Origin: Porphyridium purpureum
Lineage: Eukaryota
DNA length: 64,000 bases
Direction of reading: 5' to 3'
Assembly (NCBI GenBank): GCA_008690995.1
Contig: VRMN01000002.1
Location: forward strand, 372,001 to 436,000
A program made the position numbers and the translations under genes. Shown here in pieces: positions 51,762 to 60,257 of the stretch; positions within the stretch are counted from its first letter, which is position 1, and every line of letters begins with the position of its first letter. The notes beneath the pieces are model-generated. The model made no database searches and was not told where the DNA came from. It saw nothing but the letters and a program-made list of their open reading frames with translations.

Positions 51762-53951
51762 TTAGAGCTCCTGGTGCACGCCATAGTCTTGGTCATGGCC
51801 TGAAGACTTGCGTCTCGCACCCGTGCCGAAGGTCTGCGCTTCGTCGGCATCTAGTCTAGGCGCTTTGTCCCATGTGTGCGACACGCGGTAGATCACGAGG
51901 TACGCGTCGCGCACGAGCTCGTCGAGCGTCGGGGGAATGTGGCCCGCGCTGTAGTGCCCGACGTAGCGGTGCACAGGGCTGATGTGCAGCGGTACCTCTA
52001 GCGGGGTCTTGTCGCCGAGCTGGAAGCGCGGCACGGTCGCCAGGAACACGTCCTTGTCGGCATTCAGCCATTCGTGCATGCGGTCATACATTGCGCTCTC
52101 GTTCTTCTTCGGAAACTCGTGCACGACAATACGCATGGGGTTTGACTGCTCGATAACATGCGCGGGCGCAGGGTACGCCTGGAAGTACACGAGCTGGGCG
52201 TCCGGCACGAGAAAGGTCCCGCGGCCCGACGCAATGTCCAGTGCGCTTCGCACGCTCCCGGAATTGTACAGGAAGCCGATGATAACAGCCGACACAATAC
52301 CGTACGCTGCGGTCGAGATCCTCAGTAGACGGTCCGATCGAATCTGCGGCACCGCAACAACGTAGCACGCCACAATGAATGGTAGCATGCGCGCGGGGGA
52401 CGGCTCACCGCCGGAAAGCAGCAGTTCGACCATTCCGCCCAGGATTGCAATCGTCTGGAAAAAGTCACTGAATGCATACAGATCTTCAGCCTGAGCACGC
52501 TCGACCCTCGACTTGCGCGATGCACCTGACGCCTTGCGCTTCCTCTTTGTGCCCCCGCCACTAGCATCGTCACGACCCATCTTCTTGAGCTCGGTGCGCA
52601 TCTCCTTGTAGCTCTGGTACAACACTTGATAGAGCTCACGACCAACCGCGATAAGAACAGGGCCCAGCAGCACAGGAATATAGATGATAAACACCTCGGG
52701 CGCGAAAGACACAACTTTCTTGTACGATGCAAAGTTGGACCACATATCTCGCGCCAAGTTTAACGGGGCGCAAAGAAACTCAAAGCGGAGCACCGACCAT
52801 CCTGTAGCCAGCGTGTCGCAATAGCCTTCTCCGTTGCACTGGGCAAGGTACATTAGCAGATCAGGCAGCGAACTTATCTGTCTCCCGAAGTGCGACAGCT
52901 GAATAAACCCGAAATGAAACGAGTCAACCAACGACAGCGACACCAGCGTGCCCACAAAGGCACCCCAGCAAGCGCAAGTCCAAAGTAGCAGAGCAAGGAG
53001 CGTAAAGTCGGAGCGCCCGAACGAAGTCATAACATAGTACACGATCATGAAGCCGAAAATCGCGAATGACGGTCGAACAAGTACTCCCAATGCGAGTACT
53101 ATGCCGCATGCCGCCATGCGCAAAATGTCGGACGTTTTCCGGCGCCAGCCCAGCAACGTGAAGCTCAAGAAGGACAGGCACAGCGTGGACAACACCGCGT
53201 CGGTGGGGCGGGTCGCCACAAGAAGAAGGGCAAATGATGACGCAGATGCGCTCAGAAACGTGCGGGCACCTTCGTACCGAACAAACTTGAACGAGTGGAA
53301 CATGCACGCGTCGAGCAAGACCGAAAAAAGGAACATCCACAAGCGAGACGCCCAGATGGGGAGCATGACCGATAGCAGATCTGCGTGCTCATGCAGGAAA
53401 GAGGCCGCCCCGGCGCTCCCATCCGGTGACTGCGCTTTGAAGGCGTGCTGCGCAAGCGACGCCACCGCGTACGGTACGGCCAGCGACACGTAGCTTGGCA
53501 CGACAGATGCGAAAGGTGTTTCGGCGGTGGGAAGACTGCTGAGCACTGCAGAAGGCGACTCACGTGTCACAAACACGCGAAAAAGCTCGATCTGGTATTT
53601 CCCGTAAAACTCCGTCTCGTCCAGGAAACCGACGGAAACAAAGAGAAGCGCCGCGCGCACGATCAGCCACAGAAGATACTGAGCGTCAGCAAACATGGAC
53701 GGACGTGGCGTCGACGAACGCGACACTTTCTTCTCGGTCGACCCGCCCGCGGCTGTTGCGCCTGAGGCGACAGCAGCCGGCATCTCTGAGGCCGATGAGT
53801 CTGCGCCTGCGGCAGGTCCTGACTGATGGTGATTCGCATGACCCGTGGCGTGCGAAGCGACTGCGCTGGATGCCATTGACGCCGAGTCGCTGCCAGTGTC
53901 ATGTGCGCGCTCCATGGCGGCCATCCGCCGCGTTTTCACGCCGCTACTCAT
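51762..53951 (-). CDS. ALG9/PIG-Z(Smp3)-like multi-pass ER glycosyltransferase (GT22-like), divergent
   Basis: ~10 TM helices, SRLWMFLFSVLLD, LGVLVRPSFAIF, LVDS, PLN; C-terminal HQEL. Confidence 0.6.
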   Translation of the reverse strand: MSSGVKTRRMAAMERAHDTGSDSASMASSAVASHATGHANHHQSGPAAGADSSASEMPAAVASGATAAGGSTEKKVSRSSTPRPSMFADAQYLLWLIVRAALLFVSVGFLDETEFYGKYQIELFRVFVTRESPSAVLSSLPTAETPFASVVPSYVSLAVPYAVASLAQHAFKAQSPDGSAGAASFLHEHADLLSVMLPIWASRLWMFLFSVLLDACMFHSFKFVRYEGARTFLSASASSFALLLVATRPTDAVLSTLCLSFLSFTLLGWRRKTSDILRMAACGIVLALGVLVRPSFAIFGFMIVYYVMTSFGRSDFTLLALLLWTCACWGAFVGTLVSLSLVDSFHFGFIQLSHFGRQISSLPDLLMYLAQCNGEGYCDTLATGWSVLRFEFLCAPLNLARDMWSNFASYKKVVSFAPEVFIIYIPVLLGPVLIAVGRELYQVLYQSYKEMRTELKKMGRDDASGGGTKRKRKASGASRKSRVERAQAEDLYAFSDFFQTIAILGGMVELLLSGGEPSPARMLPFIVACYVVAVPQIRSDRLLRISTAAYGIVSAVIIGFLYNSGSVRSALDIASGRGTFLVPDAQLVYFQAYPAPAHVIEQSNPMRIVVHEFPKKNESAMYDRMHEWLNADKDVFLATVPRFQLGDKTPLEVPLHISPVHRYVGHYSAGHIPPTLDELVRDAYLVIYRVSHTWDKAPRLDADEAQTFGTGARRKSSGHDQDYGVHQEL

Positions 53952-54520
53952 CGCACGCGACAGCAGCACACCACTCTGTCTCGCCAACAAAACCCGAGTC
54001 GAGCCGTGCTCCGCACAACCCGCGGCCAGCTGAGACGGCGGCAGTCAGATGACGGGATGTGGCGCGCAGATAGACTCGCACCACCCTTTACACACGCGCA
54101 CGTTCTGAACAGACCTTTTTATCCTCCTCCCGACACACCGCACCATCGCGCCTCGCCTTCACGCAAACGCGCGCACGCGGCGCGGCCCCTGGTTAAAAAA
54201 GATGTTAAACAACTATCGAAAAATAACGCATGCTGATTAACAAATCACATTGCAATGTTTACACTAGATTCTTGAAAAAGGACGATGAGCCGTTAAACCG
54301 ATAAACCGGAAACAGTGGAGCAGGACTCTGCCGGCGTGCAAGGTGGGAGCGACTGTCCACGTGTGATGCCACCACCAACCAACATGACCACGACCGTGCC
54401 CACCACCACAACAACAGCCATGGACACGGGCGTGAACTTCCTGCTCGTAATGCCGCGTCGCCAAAAGCCGAAGACTGCCGTCTCTGAATGGCCGTCTGGC
54501 ACGGAACGTGTCATGTCGGA

Positions 54521-55219
54521 CTAATGGGCATAAGGGTCTTCAGGGGGATACCCATACTGAGGCGGCTGCTCGTACCCGTATCCGTATCCGTACGGCTGCT
54601 TCTTCTTCGGAGCAGGCGCTGGTTTCGGCGCAACTGTAGGAGCCGCGGTCGGTTGCACAAGACTGGGAAACAGTCCAAAGTCGTCACGGAACTGCAGCGG
54701 CCGGGGCTGTGGTCGCGGCGTCGCCGCGACGGGCGCAACCTGCTCCTCAACCTGCTTTGGAGCTTGCTTTTTCGGCGGGTAGTAGTACTTGGGTTTGCCG
54801 TAGCCATGGCCGTCGAATCCATAGTACGTCTGCCCATAGTCGCCGTACTTCTTCTTCGGCGGTCGCGGCTTCACTGGCGCTGGCGCTGGCGTTGGAGCCT
54901 GAGTTGGCGCGACCTGCTCTTCAAAGGACGGAAACTCGCGCGCCTTGCGTGGGGCCTCGAACGCTGGAAGTTCCTGCTCCGGAATGAATCCAAACTTTTC
55001 CGGTGCAGCGGCCGGTGCCACCTGCTCCTTCTTTGGTGGGGGCTTTTTGTAGTACGACGGTGGCGCCTGGTAGACACGGCCCGTATACTTGTCCGCGTTT
55101 GCCGTAGCTTCTGTCACCACCGGCACACTGGACGCATTCTTGAACATCAACGCGCCCAGTAGTGCCAGAAAAACGAGAAGGCCGAGCAGACCTGCGCTGC
55201 GTAAAGCCACCGTGGCCAT
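54521..55219 (-). CDS. Secreted or anchored Pro/Tyr/Lys-rich repetitive protein, 232 aa
   Basis: N-terminal hydrophobic helix; PPKK, EQVAP x3, YGYGYGY, YYY. Confidence 0.75.
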   Translation of the reverse strand: MATVALRSAGLLGLLVFLALLGALMFKNASSVPVVTEATANADKYTGRVYQAPPSYYKKPPPKKEQVAPAAAPEKFGFIPEQELPAFEAPRKAREFPSFEEQVAPTQAPTPAPAPVKPRPPKKKYGDYGQTYYGFDGHGYGKPKYYYPPKKQAPKQVEEQVAPVAATPRPQPRPLQFRDDFGLFPSLVQPTAAPTVAPKPAPAPKKKQPYGYGYGYEQPPQYGYPPEDPYAH

Positions 55220-56669
55220 GATTCATACAAACAGGCGCGAATCTCGCACGCCACCACTTCTGGCAAAGCTAGTGTCGCACCTCTGACTAGAGCACCTCGC
55301 CACGGCCCCTCACTTTTTCTCCTACTGCGCACAACTTATTTACTCTCTCTCTGCTGCCAGTCGCCGGTCCTTGGCACAAAGCGATTTCTGCCTTCACGTA
55401 GAGCCGTTCAGGCCTGCTCTTCCAGACCATCTGGCAGAAGTCTGCCAGCTCCATCATCAGGGCCACTCTTTATCTATCGCAACGACTGGTGGGGTTTCCG
55501 GAGAGCGCACTAGCGCCGCGGATTCTCTCCCCTCCCACCTCGACCCAGCGCGCGCACCGTTCGCCGTCCCCAGGACCGCGCACCAACTCCTGCGCGCTTC
55601 TCAAAACATTGCAGAAAGAAGAGAGAGAAAAAAAAAAAAAAAAAGGAGTGACATCACATCTCGTGCTGCCTGAGACCCGACATTCAATGGAGTGCGCCAC
55701 GAGGAACAAGGACAGGACGGAAGCATCATCTCACCGTCAGATTCGAGTGACGCGAAGCGCCGAAGCACTTGGGTGGAAGTAGCCGAGCAGAGACGCTCCG
55801 GCGGCGCCTGCGGCAAACTCTGGTAGCGTGCAGTCTGGCGCCAGCAGCAGCCCGAGACACCAGAAAGCCTGCTGCCTGGGCTCCTCCAGCAGGCGCAACG
55901 GCACAGCGTAAAGCGGAACATACCGCAACAAGACTCGGCGTGCGTGCCAGCTCACGCGGAACATGATGGACGAGGTTTGTAAGGTGCTGGCCATCGTATT
56001 TGCCCCGCGACTGCGATGCGGTTCTGCTGTTCAGGCTTGATTCGTCCAACATGAATCACCACGGTGACTGCAAAGTAAGCTTCAAGGCGGCGCATTCGAT
56101 TGCCTGCTGGTGCGCTTGCCGCTTCCAGACGCGGCTGGGGGGGTTCTAAGCCACGCATGCACGGCGCCGAGTTGGTACCGTCATATCGTGGACGCAAGCA
56201 AAACCTTGGCGCGCCTGTGCGACCATCGAGGCCCGACCTGTACGGTGCTATGTGTTTACACGTGTGGCTCCGCTGCCTGCAATCAAGTCACCGATCGGGA
56301 ATGTTAGCAGCACCAAGAACATTTTGCTGCAAACCTTTCATGCGCCGGGCATCTCGGTGTCCACCGTTGAGTCCAACCTCTTCCGGACTGAAGACAGCGC
56401 TGTTGAAAGTGATGGCACCGCCTTCGTTCTCGAGCGCTCTACGGAGTCCCAAAAAGAGAGCCGTGTCACACGAGATCATCCGGCAACGGTCCGCGCTATC
56501 TCCTTCCTCGCAGAAAATCGCTCAAGGTTCTTCAGAGTTGTGAGCTTCCTGGGGAAGCCAAGTGGAACAAGATTGTGTGAGCAACATCGTGTCTAATGGT
56601 TGTTTGTGGATGAGAGTCGATGTTTGAAGGTTGAGTGGCAAAGTAAATGGAGTTGGAGGCGCCAATGCG

Positions 56670-58655
56670 ATGGGTAAAGGTAAGAAGGAGAAGGACAGCA
56701 CTTCACACTGCGACAGTTCGACTCACACGGCCGAGAAGGCAAAGTATGCGAAGGATTTAGAGCGACAGCAGCCTGCGTCTGCGACGTTGAGTGCGAGGAG
56801 TCGGGGCTCGGAGAGCGAGCCGGAGCCCGAGAGCGCGCGCATTCGGCGTGCGCGCGTCGGGCAGCAGAAGCGCGCGCGTACACAGACGTACCGCCGGATC
56901 AAGGGCAAGGTGCTCAGTGCGGCACGAAGCTGGTACGTATGGTTCGCTTTGATAGTCATTGGAGTGTTTGTCGTCTTCCATGTCCTCTCGCTTACCGCAC
57001 ATGTGCCTAGCATTGAACACGCTTTCTTTGCCGGCGCTCCCAGAGGCGCGACTAGTGGCGACGCGTCCGGGGCGATGACGGTGCCCCAAGATACGGGCAC
57101 CGTAGACTCATCGGCTGTTTCGCCTGACGTAGAGGTGGTCGAGCTAGGTCAGCCCTTTGATAGAATTCCTATGGGTATACCGTTAGGCCAGGGGCAGGAT
57201 GTCGGCGTCAGCGTAGTGCCGAGTGCTACAAACACAGGATCTAGCGTTGATGCTGTCGCACAACAGGCGGAAAAAACATCCCCGGTGATGCTTGAAGCGG
57301 CCGGAGACCTGATCAAGGAGCCGAACGCCGGCAGTGGCGAATCAGTGGAATCCAAGGCAGGCAAAGCGAGTGGAGTAGATTCAGAAAGGGACATTCAGCA
57401 TGGAACACCAATCCAGGAAGATGCGGTGTCCCGTAACCTTTCCGGTACGGAGCCTTCAGTCGATGCTTCACAGGTCTCGCCCGGAGCGCGTGCGGAAATA
57501 AGTGACCTGGCGGTTCAAGATTTAGCTTCGGCACATGTTGGCGAAACCCATACGAAGGAGGAAACATCTGCCTCTGTGCCGCCACCCGAGGTAATCAGCC
57601 ACCTCGAGAAGTCTACTGGCGTGCCAGCTACGACAATGCCGGCGGACGCCATCTTGTCGTCGAATGATACAGCCATGCTAGAAACTGCTGGGCGGGTAGA
57701 AGCTTCTCCTGCTGCGGAGCAAATGCAGATTCCATCCAAAGGCAGCGAGGCAAGAGTCGAGCCCTTGCCCGCAAACAAGGATGGCTTGAGTAAAACCGGT
57801 CAAGAGGGCGAGGCTGGGGATGGAGACGTTTTTGTGCAGGACGACCTCCAAGAGCCGAATGAAAAGCAAAAAGTCGCGGAGAAATTATCAGACCAAGACG
57901 GAGAAGGCAAGACACCACAAAATAGAGCGCACAATGACAACACGACGAATAGCACTGATTCGGAGAAAGCCGCGGCCGTTGTAGCTCAGAATGAGACCGT
58001 CGATATCGTGCTTTCCGCGACACCAGGAAAGCCTACGAAATTTCTCGGTGTACAAGTCGGCAAGAGAGGTGTGCTTGATGGATATAATATCACCCGCCTT
58101 TCATACATGCTGTATCGTATTGTGCGCAGGTACTCCGTGTTGAGCCTGATCGACTATCCGTGCATTCAGAATATTGAGTGGATGCCAGACGTCGTTGATC
58201 GACTGGATTTTGAATTGCCCGGATTTGTATACTCTTGCGTGGCGCTTTCTGATGAAGAAGGCGGGCGAGTGAAGGAGGCGTTTGTTAATCGAGTGCAGCC
58301 GGATATTTACATACGTGATCCCTGGCAAGATGATACAGTGCCAGAAGGCGACATGCTTTTTTCCTGGAACGCGATTCAGTTTTGGAATACGAAGCAGACA
58401 TGGAAGCTGATCTTGTCGGCGCGAAAGAACACCAAAATTTTGGCGCTAAGTTCAAATCCTGGGTTCGACAATTTGAAAGTGCTGGCCAAGTACTCTGGCA
58501 AGGCAGACGGTAAGATCGATCTACGCAAACAGCCATTTTTGCTGGATCAGGCAGACCAGACGATTGGAAATCTCAGCATGATCCTGACACACCGTCAACT
58601 TCTGATGGTTTGGAATACATCAACGATGCAGCGCGTGAAGGGTGCTTCCTTTTAA
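56670..58655 (+). CDS. Type II membrane protein with long acidic stem and C-terminal SAM-methyltransferase-like domain
   Basis: Basic tail, one TM (WYVWFALIVIGVFVVF), low-complexity stem, SLIDYPC...EWMP and DMLFSWNAIQFW. Confidence 0.7.
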   Translation: MGKGKKEKDSTSHCDSSTHTAEKAKYAKDLERQQPASATLSARSRGSESEPEPESARIRRARVGQQKRARTQTYRRIKGKVLSAARSWYVWFALIVIGVFVVFHVLSLTAHVPSIEHAFFAGAPRGATSGDASGAMTVPQDTGTVDSSAVSPDVEVVELGQPFDRIPMGIPLGQGQDVGVSVVPSATNTGSSVDAVAQQAEKTSPVMLEAAGDLIKEPNAGSGESVESKAGKASGVDSERDIQHGTPIQEDAVSRNLSGTEPSVDASQVSPGARAEISDLAVQDLASAHVGETHTKEETSASVPPPEVISHLEKSTGVPATTMPADAILSSNDTAMLETAGRVEASPAAEQMQIPSKGSEARVEPLPANKDGLSKTGQEGEAGDGDVFVQDDLQEPNEKQKVAEKLSDQDGEGKTPQNRAHNDNTTNSTDSEKAAAVVAQNETVDIVLSATPGKPTKFLGVQVGKRGVLDGYNITRLSYMLYRIVRRYSVLSLIDYPCIQNIEWMPDVVDRLDFELPGFVYSCVALSDEEGGRVKEAFVNRVQPDIYIRDPWQDDTVPEGDMLFSWNAIQFWNTKQTWKLILSARKNTKILALSSNPGFDNLKVLAKYSGKADGKIDLRKQPFLLDQADQTIGNLSMILTHRQLLMVWNTSTMQRVKGASF

Positions 58656-59090
58656 TGAGCCGCTTGGAGCCTGTGCAGACGGAACGAGGCGGCCGGCGCA
58701 CAGTGATAATTCAGATAGGAAAAAGCCCTTACACAGCAGAGCACAGGACGTGACGGATGCACTTCGAGTCGGTGCTGCCATAATGTCTGATCGCCGTAAA
58801 GGCGCTCGTGTGGTAATATCTTTGGAGCCGCGCGTCGCCGAACTCACCGGCTTCAAACTCGGGCATGCAGCGTGTTGCGGCTTGGAGCTTCAAACTCAAG
58901 GAGCCCCGATGCACCGTGTACAAGATGACCAAATTGAGCCTTACAGAATAGCACGGAAAGGGAAGTCTAACAAGAGTCCTTGTTTCAAGAACATTAGGCA
59001 GCCACAGGCAAGTCTATTTTGGTACAAGATACAAATCGATGCGAAAACCAGTACGCAATGCGAATGACATCGAAAGCAAACTGGTCAACG

Positions 59091-59660
59091 CTAGAGAACC
59101 GACCGACTCCCACCTCCTAAGGAAAGGGAGCATAGGTGTAGACGCCCTCGCTGACGTTTTGTTCGCGCTCGTACACGACCGAGCAACCCATACAGGCCGC
59201 CATAGTCGCAGAAAATATCCATGACCACAGAAGGGTCAAACAGATAATAGTATCTCCGAGATCCTCTGCGCCGGCGTGCAGAGTGGCAGTAATTTACGAG
59301 ACGTGTCCTTGACGGCAGGCATAGCAGTTGAATCACTTCTTTCTGGATGCAAGTCTTCTCGAAGGTTCCATGGTATAGATCACTGATTGCGCCAGACACG
59401 CCGCGAAGTCTGACTGGGCTGAACAGCTCGTACCAGCGCTTGCAAACGAGAACCAGTGTTTCAGCATAGACGGCCATCTCAATTCTGCGCTCGGTTTTCA
59501 GCATAAAGTCTGCCAAAATGCGCAGCGCAAGGTCGAATTCATCTGCATTGGGCACAGCCACTTTACGCGCCCTGCCTTTCTTCGGGCGCGGTTTTCTTAC
59601 CGCCGCCATTCTCGCAACGGTTTTCCCGCTTCGTGCGCTGCACAACTTGGTTCTTTTCAT
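59091..59660 (-). CDS. Small basic F-box-like protein
   Basis: DLALRILADF...LVLVCKRWYELF, NLS-like N-terminus; ATG at 59660. Confidence 0.55.
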   Translation of the reverse strand: MKRTKLCSARSGKTVARMAAVRKPRPKKGRARKVAVPNADEFDLALRILADFMLKTERRIEMAVYAETLVLVCKRWYELFSPVRLRGVSGAISDLYHGTFEKTCIQKEVIQLLCLPSRTRLVNYCHSARRRRGSRRYYYLFDPSVVMDIFCDYGGLYGLLGRVRARTKRQRGRLHLCSLSLGGGSRSVL

Positions 59661-60257
59661 GGCCCCAACAATGGCTGGTTGAAAGCCCGTCACCCCAAGG
59701 AAGGCTGGACTGGACAATACTCGGGCTCTATTCTCCTGCCTGCAGATATACAATTTTATCTCTTCCGCACTTCCGGACCTGCCCGGAGACCGTCTTTTTT
59801 GCTGTGGCCAGGTGTCTTTGCGTTTCCTGCACTCGGTCTCTCTCTGTACTTCGCTCTTGTGGCGCACACAAAGCACAAAGAAGATATCTGTGCGTTGCAT
59901 TCGTGCGCAAGTTTACCACTTGAAAAATGGCGCAGTGGTTTCCAACACGGTGCGTGCCTGTGCTTCGGGGCCGCCGCACTGGTTCTGTCGCACCGACCAA
60001 CCGCTCCATGCGCTGCTTCCGTTCGTCAAGACCTTGCCGACACGCTTCAGCTGCTGCGAGAGAGACCACCACCAGCCGTTTCATGCGTTTAGGGTTACAG
60101 GCACTGAACACTACTGAAAAGCATGTGGGTGTACAGTGAATTGGTTTAAGGGATCCAGCGCGTGAAACATTCGAGTGGACCAGATGGAGACCAAGGCAAC
60201 CACCGCGCGACAACGTCGAGTTGGTCTGTCCGTCACGCGGTGTAAGAGACAGAAATC

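Noticed and set aside
55628..55644. Poly-A run as a retroposed insertion tail
   Set aside because: No TSD or SINE/LINE body evident; treated as a simple repeat, like the GA tract at ~51700 and the CAG tracts in TAF4 and SEC24
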